A stretch of 43,717 nucleotides of DNA from Oligoflexales bacterium (GTDB lineage Bacteria; Bdellovibrionota_B; Oligoflexia; Oligoflexales; Bog-1112): assembly GCA_045105515.1 (NCBI GenBank), contig JBGCDR010000095.1, positions 1 to 43,717 on the forward strand, in the 5' to 3' direction. A program made the position numbers and the translations under genes. The notes under the pieces were generated by a model. It did no database searches. It was given only the letters and a program-made list of their open reading frames with translations, and was not told where the DNA came from. Below, piece by piece: positions 29,421 to 40,400 of this stretch. Position 1 is the stretch's first letter, and the number at the start of each line of letters is the position of its first letter.

Positions 29421-31200
29421 GTGCATCCTCATTTCTTGGAAATTCAAAGTGAAAAGTACTACCCTGGCCCAAGTCTGAATTTATCCAGACTTTTCCACCG
29501 TGAAACTTCATAATTTTTTGAACAATTGCAAGACCAACACCAGTACCTTCAATGTTAGATTCAAGGCGTTGGAAAAGCTCAAAGATCTTATCGTGGTATT
29601 TTTCATCAATGCCAGGACCGTTGTCCCTAAACCGAAGAATATCACCTTTTAAGCTCTTGACCATATCTATCTCAAGACAAGGCTTACTCGAGTGCCCAGG
29701 TACGTACTTAATAGCATTGTTAATAACGTTTTCAATAATTTGAAATAGTCGTGATTCATTAGCGTACAAGGTCGGCAATTTAGGAGCAATTTTAACCGTT
29801 AAACCAACATCATTGAGCTTGGATTGTAAGCTATCAATTACCTCAGAAATACAGCTATTCGTATCGAGCCATTCCTTATCAAGATCAACACGACCAACCC
29901 GGCTTAACTCCAGAAGATCATCAATAAGTTGTTTCATACGCGAGTTCGCTTTTCTTAACTTAGGCAGCTTTGAAATTGCTTTTTTAAAATCACCTTTATT
30001 TGCAAGTTTATCGATCATCCCAATGAATCCAGTGCTAGTGACAAGGGGTGTCTTTAAATCATGGGAAACAGTGTAAACAAACTGGTCAAGTTCATCGTTT
30101 GAACGCTCTAATGCCGACCTACTCGACTCTAGCTTTTGGGTTAACTCTTGTTGCTCAAGGAGAAGGTTCTCAGCTTCTACATTTTTCTTTCTGAGCACTT
30201 CCGCTGCTTTGGCCATTACCCCAATCTCATCCTTACGACCGAGGGAAGGAATTCGCTCATCTTTAGAGCCTTTGGATAGCTTTTCAAGAACCTCAGTAAT
30301 TTTCAAGATCGGATTAGATATGCTACGCCCAACCATCCACGAAAACCCTAAACCAACTATGATAAGCACAAGAGAGAAAAAAATTAGAAAATTTTTTGCA
30401 TTTTCAGCTATAGATTGCAAGCTAGTTGCGGCATTCTTAGCTTGCATAGAATAATTTAAGCCTAATTTTTCAGTTAAATAAGTAAACTCATAAGTCTGCC
30501 CACCTAGCACAACACTTACAAGATAAAGGTAACTTCTAATCGCCTGAGTAGTACGAATAGCAGCATCCCTAAATTTTACAAGATCGCTCCTAGTAGATAC
30601 AGAGATCTCAGCCTTTGCAATAGATAATTGTTCATCAAAAGATTGCACTCCCTTATTAAAAGCAGGATAATTTAGATTATGAATGTAGGAATAAACTGCT
30701 GATTCCAAAATATTTACAAGATCTACTATGGAATGCCCAAGGTTTAGGGTCAAAATTTTCTTCCTAATGTTGGGAAGAGTATCTTCCATCAATAATTCCT
30801 GTAAATCACGTTCTTCAAAAATTTTATCTATAGCAGGTTTGTAATTTTCAATAGTACTTTGAAGGCGTACAATAGTTCTAGCCTCCGAGTTTGATGCTGA
30901 ATTTTTTAAATACTGCAATTGCTGATCGATCTCAGTTAATCTATCCCCAATCGACACTTTTGCAGATGGCAGGCCAGAATGAATATAAACTTCCACAGCA
31001 TGACTCAATTTGGAAACTTGAAGAGAAAGTTCCTTAGTAACCCTCGCCCTTATTCTTTTTTCTCTTAATACCTTGATTCCGGTGATGGTCGTCTCTGAAG
31101 TCCAATAGCTAACGGCGCTAAGTGTCGTCAAGCCGGTTAGAACAATTGCAAAACCCGTAAATATACGTATAGATATTTTATAGTCAGAAAATTTCTTCAT
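29401..31200 (-). CDS. Membrane HAMP-domain sensor histidine kinase
   Basis: Two TMs around a helical periplasmic domain, HAMP (RKDEIGVMA), VSHDLKTP, NAIKY, GTGVGL. Confidence 0.93.
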   Translation of the reverse strand: MKKFSDYKISIRIFTGFAIVLTGLTTLSAVSYWTSETTITGIKVLREKRIRARVTKELSLQVSKLSHAVEVYIHSGLPSAKVSIGDRLTEIDQQLQYLKNSASNSEARTIVRLQSTIENYKPAIDKIFEERDLQELLMEDTLPNIRKKILTLNLGHSIVDLVNILESAVYSYIHNLNYPAFNKGVQSFDEQLSIAKAEISVSTRSDLVKFRDAAIRTTQAIRSYLYLVSVVLGGQTYEFTYLTEKLGLNYSMQAKNAATSLQSIAENAKNFLIFFSLVLIIVGLGFSWMVGRSISNPILKITEVLEKLSKGSKDERIPSLGRKDEIGVMAKAAEVLRKKNVEAENLLLEQQELTQKLESSRSALERSNDELDQFVYTVSHDLKTPLVTSTGFIGMIDKLANKGDFKKAISKLPKLRKANSRMKQLIDDLLELSRVGRVDLDKEWLDTNSCISEVIDSLQSKLNDVGLTVKIAPKLPTLYANESRLFQIIENVINNAIKYVPGHSSKPCLEIDMVKSLKGDILRFRDNGPGIDEKYHDKIFELFQRLESNIEGTGVGLAIVQKIMKFHGGKVWINSDLGQGSTFHFEFPRNEDAHGTKAA

Positions 31201-31201
31201 A

Positions 31202-32461
31202 CTATGTTAACAGAAGCTCCTTCCATTTTCTTAAGGTATATTCGTACCGAGGCATAACAGTGTTCCACACTGCAATATTGCTAAATCGTTTTCTATATGA
31301 GCCTCCCGTCCGACTTGAACCTGCTTTTACGGATATTTTACCGTCTGTTCCCTTGAGATCATTCTTAGCAGGTTTCCCATCGTACCAGTAATCCCACTCA
31401 TCCTGTGACAATTGATTTTTGGAAAGGTGTGGGGTTGAGATATAGTAGCCTTGCCTAGCGATAAAAGCTCCTGCCCAACCCGAGAGCCACCAGTTCATAA
31501 ACTCATAGGCAGCATCACGATTTCGCCCTGCCGAAGCAGAGGATAGACACATAACTCCATGCCAGGCTCGGTAGCCTTCTTTTGGTGCAGCATAGATACA
31601 GGGAATGCCTTTGCCATTTAGGGAGGAGACCCCAGGAGAGAACATGCTCTGAACAGCGACTCCATCTTCACTCATAAACTCAACTGATTGGGGAACTGAA
31701 TTCCAGAATCCTCTAAAATGTCCCTGCTGTTTAAACTCCAAGAGAATAGAGAATAGACGATCGATTTCAACTTTGGACATATCACCAATATTTTCAAATT
31801 CCATCAGCCCCTGTGCCTGAGCTGCAAGAGCCGCATCAAATATCCCAATAGTTGGAGCATTAACTAGAGAAACTTTTCCTCGATACCGCTTGTCTAAAAG
31901 CCAGCCCCAGGACTCCGTCTTATATGGCTCTGCCATGGGAATAATCTGCGAGTTGTATCCTAGAGAATCTGCATTGTGAACATAAGGCATAAAGCTAATC
32001 TGCTGGGATATCTGAGAACTAAGCTTTCCATTTTTATTAACATAGAGAAGTTTGTAAGGTGCATCACCTGCACCTATTTTGGCGTTTTTAGTCAAGCTCC
32101 CAGTCTTGGTAAGGTTATTTATGTCATCCCAATAGCGAATCCTGCTGACATCAATCGCTTGAATAGCACCAGCTTGCCACAATATCTGGAGGCTGTTTGA
32201 CCACTGTTCATATAGATCAAATGACTCTGGATGAGTGGAAGCCTGATGAAGAACTTGAGCACTTCCTCCCGGGGAAAAATTAATACTGATACCCAAGTCT
32301 GCTTCTGCCTGTTTCCGAATCTCCTCTTGAAGAGTAACATGGGTTCCTAGAACCCTAATGGAGAACTTCTTGCGGGCAAAAACCACAGGAGCATGGGTAA
32401 TTAAGCCTGAGCCTAGAGCTAGCTTACTGGTTTGGTTTAAGAATGTTCTTCGTGATTGCAT
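31202..32461 (-). CDS. Tat-exported periplasmic solute-binding protein (PotD/PotF-like)
   Basis: SRRTFL twin-arginine signal; SWGWLLD..YRGKV, PKEGYRAW and AYEFMNW motifs. Confidence 0.85.
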   Translation of the reverse strand: MQSRRTFLNQTSKLALGSGLITHAPVVFARKKFSIRVLGTHVTLQEEIRKQAEADLGISINFSPGGSAQVLHQASTHPESFDLYEQWSNSLQILWQAGAIQAIDVSRIRYWDDINNLTKTGSLTKNAKIGAGDAPYKLLYVNKNGKLSSQISQQISFMPYVHNADSLGYNSQIIPMAEPYKTESWGWLLDKRYRGKVSLVNAPTIGIFDAALAAQAQGLMEFENIGDMSKVEIDRLFSILLEFKQQGHFRGFWNSVPQSVEFMSEDGVAVQSMFSPGVSSLNGKGIPCIYAAPKEGYRAWHGVMCLSSASAGRNRDAAYEFMNWWLSGWAGAFIARQGYYISTPHLSKNQLSQDEWDYWYDGKPAKNDLKGTDGKISVKAGSSRTGGSYRKRFSNIAVWNTVMPRYEYTLRKWKELLLT

Positions 32462-32509
32462 CAGAAAACCACCCCTTTGAAATAATTCAAAATTGCGGGC
32501 CTTATTTTA

Positions 32510-32536
32510 CTATCGATATTCTATGAAGAAACTTTA
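32510..32536 (-). promoter_or_regulatory. Sigma-28 (FliA)-like promoter
   Basis: TAAAGTTT-N11-ATCGATAG upstream of the binding protein/kinase operon. Confidence 0.55.
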
Positions 32537-32675
32537 TAGGAATAATAGTGATTAGTTTGAAATAAATACAAAAAAATCACTACTATTAGTTAGATTTGTA
32601 AGTAGAGTATTTTCCTTAAGCTAATGACATAGAGTAACCAATTTCTTTGCTCACATCGTAATTAACATCAATGGG

Positions 32676-33680
32676 TTAGCGGCCAATGTTAGGCCAACCA
32701 CCTGAGAAAGAGAGGAATAAGTCAGATTTCAGTTGCTTAATATAAGCAGCTTCAACGGCTTTCAAGAGTTGTTCGCTTGGCCTTCCATTGTCTACAAACT
32801 TTTGACTCCATGACCTATAATTGTGATGCTCATCAACAATAGCATCATCAGAAAGCTGCTTTCTTTGCAAGGTCGACTCATATACTATCCGAACAATTAG
32901 CTCCTTAAAAATCACCATGCTTATACTTGTGGCTCTTACAATGTGCTCATTATACAGCAAGGGATCTAGATGTTCCGTTTCATGTCTTAGAAAATAATTT
33001 ACTTCGCTTCGTGACAATTCAGGGCACTGCTCATACAAGCCATCGGTTTCCCAAATAGTAGCTTGTCCATAGGGAAACCTAAAGCTTTTCTTTACTCCAA
33101 ATACTGGCACCTCCCACTTATTGACATCTTCTAAAAATCCTTGCGTTGGATCAACAATCCATCCCCTCCCTCCAACCCTAAAGACAGCTGCCACATGCCC
33201 TGGCTCGATAATGAAGGAATCACCTACCAGTCTTTTTCTATCTACCGCTATTTGTCCGATTGCATCCACACCCCATATTGCTGCTATATTCACAAGAAAA
33301 GCGGACCTATGAGCACAAGTATCAGCTCCTATAAGTGGGATTAGTTTCCCATTCAATTTTTTAAGTCGATTCTTATCAAAAAAATCACTTTCATCACCCT
33401 CATTAAAGGACATAAAAAATTTTCTAAACCTGGATAGCATACGATTAATTTTTCTGTCTTTTAATGATTGTTCAAAATCATCAAAAACAAAACTTGATAG
33501 CTTGTTAAAATCAGAAAAATCTTCTCGAGCTAGAGGATCAGTTTGTTCCAATTGATGGTTAAAGCGATCTATATTTTTTTTCCTTAAAGGACTAGAAGAA
33601 GCTTCTACTATACTTGAGTAGCTACTTAAAAGGACTAAAAGAGTAAATATTACTATAATATTACAGCAGTCTGCTTTCAT
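32676..33680 (-). CDS. Secreted protein with a putative transglutaminase/papain-like Cys-His-Asp triad
   Basis: Signal peptide; DTCAHRSAFL, PGHVAAVF and WIVDPTQG motifs. Confidence 0.65.
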   Translation of the reverse strand: MKADCCNIIVIFTLLVLLSSYSSIVEASSSPLRKKNIDRFNHQLEQTDPLAREDFSDFNKLSSFVFDDFEQSLKDRKINRMLSRFRKFFMSFNEGDESDFFDKNRLKKLNGKLIPLIGADTCAHRSAFLVNIAAIWGVDAIGQIAVDRKRLVGDSFIIEPGHVAAVFRVGGRGWIVDPTQGFLEDVNKWEVPVFGVKKSFRFPYGQATIWETDGLYEQCPELSRSEVNYFLRHETEHLDPLLYNEHIVRATSISMVIFKELIVRIVYESTLQRKQLSDDAIVDEHHNYRSWSQKFVDNGRPSEQLLKAVEAAYIKQLKSDLFLSFSGGWPNIGR

Positions 33681-33989
33681 TGATTTTACCCGTTTTATAG
33701 CTTAGTTTGCTAAATAGCAACAAATAGCTCAGTTTATTTAAGCTGATATCAAATTTATGTTAAAAACAGCGAGGCTATAATAATTTAAAATAGAAACCAA
33801 TTCTACTTTTTAATGCTGCAAGAGAGTACGGATTGGTTTTAGATTATCCAAAAAATCAAAATATCTGGGCAATTATCAACCAATCTAATGTAATTTCACA
33901 AATTATTTCGTAATGTTTAGGTGCAAAGTCTGAGCTGCCTGTACAATATTTTTAAACCTGCAATAAACTGCTGGTTTTTTCTTTTTCTT

Positions 33990-34556
33990 TCATTGCCTCG
34001 TAAGAGCGGCATCAGTTGAATGGAGTTCAATCCATTCATCGCTCTTAACTTCATAGCAAGATCCTAAGCTACATTTACGCGGTTTGCTTGCGTTTCTTTC
34101 GCAATGATCAAGGCTATTTTCCTGAGCTTTGTCAAGCGAGAGTCCAAAACCGAAAAACCATGAGTCATAAAAACCAGCTTCACTGTTACATTCAAACTCT
34201 CCTCGATTCCAGTTCTGAATAACCCAACTAAAAATATTGCGACCACTGACATTCTCAAGATGAAACTGAATCCATCTATGACTTCGAACCTGGAGACAAG
34301 TCAAAGGCTTACATGTTTTTGGCCTTTTACTTTCCGAAAGACAAATATCCATTGCAGATTCGGCTGATTTTTGCCTCTCTTGATTCCAAGAATAATACCA
34401 AGTTTCTTTATTAAATCTTGATGATTTTATAATACACTCATGTCTGGGTTTATCCCAATGGTCCTCAATATACTCACTCCAATGAAAGGAGTTTGCATAA
34501 GATGTCTGACAGACCATTAAAATAAGTAGGTTTAATAAAACACCATTGAATTTCAT
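33990..34556 (-). CDS. Secreted Cys-rich protein with two internal repeats (DUF4189-like)
   Basis: GGAGG RBS before ATG 34556; signal SYA|N; two copies of EC....W....A...(A/S)..(D)C...(S)K.P..C...C. Confidence 0.7.
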   Translation of the reverse strand: MKFNGVLLNLLILMVCQTSYANSFHWSEYIEDHWDKPRHECIIKSSRFNKETWYYSWNQERQKSAESAMDICLSESKRPKTCKPLTCLQVRSHRWIQFHLENVSGRNIFSWVIQNWNRGEFECNSEAGFYDSWFFGFGLSLDKAQENSLDHCERNASKPRKCSLGSCYEVKSDEWIELHSTDAALTRQ

Positions 34557-35311
34557 GTGTCCTCCAAAAGAATTGTGACCCGTATTAAAACAGAAAGATT
34601 CAAGTGTAACATATTTCTTAATACCCATATATTTAGATAGTTATTCTTCCATATTCAAACTCCTTATTGAATATTTGACTAACAAATATCACCTTCCATT
34701 TTGCGGTATATTTGGAATCATTTGGAAATAGATAATTGAATAAAAGTCTATCGATTTTATAAATATGAAAACCCAAAAAAAATCTTTATATTTCCTAAAA
34801 CAAACATCATACAATTGAAATACTTTATTTTATAAATCTAGTGACCAGATTAAACATTCTCAGCGAGTACCACTATCTACAAATATCGATTTATCGTTTT
34901 TTAATCTAGATCAAATACCATCAAATATCAGTTTCAAAAAATTATATAAAAAAGTTTTAAAATATCATCATCCTAATCAAGCTCAATAAGACACTCAGCT
35001 CTACTTTACTGAATTTACTTATGTATTGCCTGTCATTTCGGCAAAGAACTCTTTTTTCATGCTAATTAACTAATTATTTTCAACAAAAATGAATATTTTT
35101 GGTTAAAAAAAATAGGCTGATATCACAAGGGAATTATATTTCTTGTGAAAACAGACAAAAAAATCATTGGACATTACTCAGGATTTTAAATTTTGTTTAA
35201 AGATTAAGTTAATAAATTAGAATCTGCTTTACAGAAATATTTTTCAAATGTTAGATGGATAATGATTTTTGATTTATTTTTTTTTATAAAAAAAATATTC
35301 GGGAGATAAAT

Positions 35312-35656
35312 ATGAGACCAGGTACGACGCTTGGAAAAATACCAATAATATTTTTGTTGATAAATTGTTGTTCGTGCATAAGTGGGATTCATTTGTTAGG
35401 AATTGATAAAGCAGGTGAGAAGGATCTGAAAGTAACGAAAAGCAAGTACTCGAAAAGAATAGGAGAAACTTTAGCAGATATTCATGACTCTGCTTTGGTA
35501 CCAGCAGATAAACTTTTCACCTCTAACGGCAACGAATGGAGAATTAAATGGTTCAATATAGGGATGGGAATTGAAGGAAAAGTAGGAATTGCAGGAGTCG
35601 CGACCTTGGCCGCAACTCCACGCATACGTCTATACTTTAGAAAAAAACAGAGATGA
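35312..35656 (+). CDS. Exported protein A, one helix-Trp-beta-hairpin module
   Basis: GGGAG RBS; hydrophobic, Cys-containing N-terminus; module WRIKWFNIGMGIEGKVGIAGVATLAATPRIRLYF. Confidence 0.72.
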   Translation: MRPGTTLGKIPIIFLLINCCSCISGIHLLGIDKAGEKDLKVTKSKYSKRIGETLADIHDSALVPADKLFTSNGNEWRIKWFNIGMGIEGKVGIAGVATLAATPRIRLYFRKKQR

Positions 35657-35671
35657 TAGGAGAATTTAAAC

Positions 35672-37039
35672 ATGTTTAAATTAAGATTAAAAAAATTGGT
35701 ATATGTGATTGTCCTATTTTTAGGTGTACCTTATTTTGGCACCATTCTCGCAAATCAAAGCCAATTTACTTCAGATGCTAGTATGCCAAAGAGCTGGTAT
35801 ATGCTGCCTGAGGACTTGAATAATAAAGATTATCTCGGAAATGAATGGGAAGACCCAGATAGCGATTTTGAAGAAGAAGTAGATGATCTTTTTGAAGCAC
35901 AAGGAGACTCATACGACAAGTTAATAGAGGAAAGCAGATATGCAAACAAATCGCTTAGTAACTGGGAACTTTGGGTGATTAGGTCCCAGCTCGCGATCTC
36001 AGCTGGTGGCTCCATTGGGGTGTTAGCCTTAAAAGGACAGGTGGCTACCGAAATTCGTTGGTTCAAAAAATCCACCATTAAATCCGAGAATGATAGGGCT
36101 TCATTAGAAGAATCAGCTGCTGCAAATTTTTCTTGGGATACACCCCAACCAGACATTGACAATACTCTAGAGAAGATCGCCACAACAGCATACCGCGCTG
36201 GCAAGGTCAGGAATAGAACACTGATGCTGAAAGGATTGAAAGATGGCGTAGAAAAAGCTAGGACAATGCTCCGTTCAGTTCCTGAGACCTCCATATATGC
36301 ATGGTCGCCTTACCGTTTTCGCTTGAGGTTTTCGTTCGCTGCATCGGGTCAGCCTATATCTTTTTTCGAAGTCGGCGGAACAGTGACTATTCGCTTCGAC
36401 TTCGAGGTAAAGCCTTCACATCTAAAATCAAACAAGAATAAAAACTATTCACCTCGTGACATATTAGCCGCTGAGTCTTTTGCCAGATTAGTTAGTTCTT
36501 TTAGCGAGGACATGGGAGTTTTCGTACAACGAGAACCATTTGGATCAAGTTGGAAAACAAAAAACTTTCAAATAATTATTGGTCAAGCGGCATCTGGGAG
36601 CGTAGGAGTAGCGAAACTAAAAGGAGTACTTTCTGGACGCCTATATTTTAAGAGAAATAGCGAAAAAAGTGAGAAAGTATTTATGAGAGATTTACCTGAG
36701 GGAGCAAGCTTTGACTACATTACTGACGAATTTAACAAAAACCTAGTCAATTATGCTAAGTCTAATCAAATTAAAAGCATTCCTGTTCAACTTGATGGCC
36801 CATTAACCAAATCAGGGACAATCTATAAGATCGATAGAAGACGCTTTAGAAAAGGCTTAGTAAAAGCTGAAAAAATGGCGAGGTTTTTCACCAAGAGAGC
36901 TTCTAAGAACAAACAAGAATACTGGAAACTCAAAGAGCTTCGCACTGAGTATAAGCTTTCGCTCGGAGGAAGCGTTGGAATTGCCAAGCTAACAGGCTTT
37001 GGTGAGGTAAGAGTCGAATACACAAATGTAAATTGGTAA
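35672..37039 (+). CDS. Exported protein B, four helix-Trp-beta-hairpin modules
   Basis: AGGAG RBS; signal peptide; repeats start at W98, W211, W294 and W418. Confidence 0.85.
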   Translation: MFKLRLKKLVYVIVLFLGVPYFGTILANQSQFTSDASMPKSWYMLPEDLNNKDYLGNEWEDPDSDFEEEVDDLFEAQGDSYDKLIEESRYANKSLSNWELWVIRSQLAISAGGSIGVLALKGQVATEIRWFKKSTIKSENDRASLEESAAANFSWDTPQPDIDNTLEKIATTAYRAGKVRNRTLMLKGLKDGVEKARTMLRSVPETSIYAWSPYRFRLRFSFAASGQPISFFEVGGTVTIRFDFEVKPSHLKSNKNKNYSPRDILAAESFARLVSSFSEDMGVFVQREPFGSSWKTKNFQIIIGQAASGSVGVAKLKGVLSGRLYFKRNSEKSEKVFMRDLPEGASFDYITDEFNKNLVNYAKSNQIKSIPVQLDGPLTKSGTIYKIDRRRFRKGLVKAEKMARFFTKRASKNKQEYWKLKELRTEYKLSLGGSVGIAKLTGFGEVRVEYTNVNW

Positions 37040-37060
37040 TTATTACCTTGGAAGGAAAAA

Positions 37061-37432
37061 ATGAATTTTCACAAGTCAATAGTAATTATACTACTTATGT
37101 TTTCACTGACTGAGTTAAGTTTCGCTGATAGCGACGATGATACTAGATCTAATTCTAGAAAAAAAATGAGGGCCTATTTTAGTGCTGTCTTTAGTACTAT
37201 GAAAGGACTTAATTCCAGACCATCTCACATGATGAGCGATATGGAATATTCTGAGGCAGATATACCAGATCTTGATTATTTTAAAGAAAAATCTGTATTT
37301 GACTTAAATCAGGATTGGTTTTTAAAAGCTTTTTTAATTAGAGTTCGTCCTTCTTTTGGCTTTGACTTGCCAGGAACATGGTCTCTTAAAATTGTTCCTG
37401 AGGCAGAGGTTTATTGGATGCAACCGAAGTGA
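37061..37432 (+). CDS. Exported protein C, one helix-Trp-beta-hairpin module
   Basis: AAGGA RBS; signal SFA|D; module WFLKAFLIRVRPSFGFDLPGTWSLKIVPEAEVYW. Confidence 0.78.
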   Translation: MNFHKSIVIILLMFSLTELSFADSDDDTRSNSRKKMRAYFSAVFSTMKGLNSRPSHMMSDMEYSEADIPDLDYFKEKSVFDLNQDWFLKAFLIRVRPSFGFDLPGTWSLKIVPEAEVYWMQPK

Positions 37433-37452
37433 AGTAATATTCATTCCTTACA

Positions 37453-40400
37453 CTATCTACCTTGATTTGAATTTTTAATTCCTTCATTGATGAGGATAGA
37501 TCCTCCTGAAATCAAGCTAGCTCCAACACCAAAATACAAAGCTCCAAGACCTTTGAATGCAGCCTTATTTATGTGAGTTGTATGCCTATTAATATTGATA
37601 ACTGGGCGCTTATATTGGGATCTTGCTAAAATAGGATTCATTCTTTGCGGCACAACTGTTGGAGCTTCCCCAATTTTTTTTGCTTCGGATCTAGCTGTTT
37701 CTAGATCTGTTAGCAGACTCTTGTTACGCACCTGAGCTTCATTTAACTCATTAGCAATCTTTTTATTTCTAGCCTGACTTTCTTCTAAACGAGTTTGTAA
37801 TTCCTCCCACCTTGAATTATTCATTTGTGACTTCTTCATTGAGGCTATATCAGATTTCGCTGCACCTAACTGTTCAGTAAGATCAATATTATGTTGCCTG
37901 AAAGTCGCTCTTTCTTGTTCTAAGCGTGTAACTTTAGCCCTAATATTTGAATCTTCCTTTTTCAATAAATTTATCCTCGTGTTCGCATCCTGAAGCTTTC
38001 CCTCAATATCATTGTATTTTCTCAATGTTGCCAATGACTTATTAAGTTCGGCTTGTAATTTCTGTATTTGTCTTTGCTTACCAATTGAATCCTTATTGGC
38101 TTGACTCAACTTATCATTCAAATCTTTTAAATCACGCTCAATTTCCAACTTTTCAACCTGCAAGGCCTTTTCTTTACTAGAGAATTCCCTTGCAGAAACC
38201 TGCATTTTTTCTTCTAAATCTGAAACTTTTTGCTTGAGTTGACCTTCTGCATCAGCTTTATTTTGAATTTGCTCCTTGAGCCGATTTATTTCACTTTTAG
38301 CTTTTTTCTCGCTGATCTGAAAATCAGTTTCCAAGCTTTGTATTTTCTTAGAAAGCAATATTGACTCCGCCTCACCGCTAGCAATCCTTTGTTGTAGCTT
38401 GCGATTGTCCTCTTCGGACTGTTCAAATTGAGCTGAACGTTTTCTGGCTGATTCAAGCTGCTTTCTAAAGCTCTCAATCTCTTTTTCATGCTGTAAATCC
38501 CTTTTATCAAACTCCCGGGATAATTGATCTAAGCTTTTCTGACGGAGCGCTATATCATCCTTTACTTGCCCTAACTCTTGTTCTTTAGTTTTAAGATCAG
38601 TGCGTATTTGAGTCGAAATTTGCCTTTCATCATCTAGATGTCCCTGAACTTTAGACATTTGTTCAATCTGATCTCTAAGGGCTTCAAGCTTATTCTGATT
38701 TCTAGACAACTCTTGGTTTAAAGCTACCACTTCACTAGATTTTGGCCTATTTTCAAGAGCGGTTTGTAAATCACTTATTGCAAGTTCTTTTGTCTCTAAA
38801 TTTTGCTCAAGTTGATTTTTTTCTTCCTGTGTCGGACTTTGACTTAATCGCTGATTCAGGCCATTGATCTTTGTCAGGAGCAATTGTATTTCCTTTAGCA
38901 TTCTGCTAGACTCTACATCTTTAAATTCAATTTCTATCGACTTAACAAAGTTTGAGCTTTCGGACTGTGCCTTTTTTAGTTGGGCAAACAAAAATCTAAT
39001 ATTCTCTCTAAATTCTGTGAGTTCTTGCAGATCTTCCCGCAACCTATTATTCTCTAATTCCAAAATAATTGCCTTTCGTAACTGTATATGAACTCTATCT
39101 AATTCTTCGTTTAGTTTTACCAAACGTCTGAGTTGGCTTTCTTGGACAGAATTTGAATTTCGGATAACTACCTTGCTTTTTTGAATTTCTTTACCAAGGT
39201 TTCTCTGAGTTTCTTGCAAAGATCTTATCTTATTATCACGGCTTGCTAAATCTGTTTCAAGCTTACTATTTAGATCATCCATAGCTTTATCGTGAATAGC
39301 AGTCAATTGATTTTGCTTAGCCTTCAGCTCTTCATTGCTAGACTGCAACTGTCGATTTACTTGCTCCAAACCTTCTTTTTCTCCACTGCTTAGCTCTGTT
39401 AAGTTTCTAAGCTTTGTCTCCAAGCCACGAGAGGTATCTTGTAAGTCTGTGTATTCATTTTGTAGTTTTTGATTAGCAATTTGTTTTTCCTGTAAATCTT
39501 TAAGATATTTATTTAATTGGTTAATTTCTTGCTCAGAAGCAAGCTTTCCAGTTTCCAGAGCGCTAATTTTCTTTTGTAATTCTTGTATATCTCTAGCATG
39601 TTGATTCTCTAGTGTAGACAAGGAATCTTTATAGATTTCATCTTTTCTTAAAAGTTGTTTTTGTAGTTCATCTAATAGGTCTACATTTGCAGTTTTGCTG
39701 TTTTTCTCTTCTAGGTTGGATCGATTTAAATCTTCAAGCTGTTCACTCAATACTTGCCTTTCAGCTACTAATTTCTCTAGTTGGTCTTGCATCATCAGTC
39801 TTTCACTTTCAACCAGAAAAACATCCCGCCAAATAGCCTCAGCATTGGCCTCTAAAGAAACCCCTCTTTTTCTTCTTTGAGTCATATAGTCAAGCATATC
39901 CCCTGAAATACCTGACCTTGAACGATCCATTTGTGACTGTTCTACAAGCAACTCTGCACTCTCTGGTTCTAAACTATAAGCATTAATCTTGCCCAAATAA
40001 TTGAAGAAGTCTGCCACTGATTTTTGTGCCACTTGTTGAGGTCTATCTGCCGTGCTGATGTAATTGCCTGCACGGAGATTAGACGCATGCACCACTCCCA
40101 CACCGGTAGAGGTAGCCTTAAAAAGAGCCACTACATTGCTACGCAAACCGAGAAGTCGTAAGGCTTCATCATTTGGCACCGGTTTACCTGCAAAAATTTC
40201 CAGAAAAGTTTTAAACTCACCAAGTTTAAATCCATCAACACTAAGATTGAACCCTTGTTTTGATAGTCCGGTCATATAATATTTAATTCTTGAATCTAAT
40301 TTTCCGATTTCGGCCTCTTGATAATTTTGAGGTATAGAGAAATTAAAACCATCGCGTTTGACCAAGACTTGCCGTTGTTCATCAGGAAGGCTATTGTAAT

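Noticed and set aside
34641..34664. AAGGAG plus ATG-GAA-GAA-TAA mini-ORF in frame with the downstream gene
   Set aside because: The downstream gene has its own RBS and signal peptide at 34556; there is no evidence for readthrough or regulation
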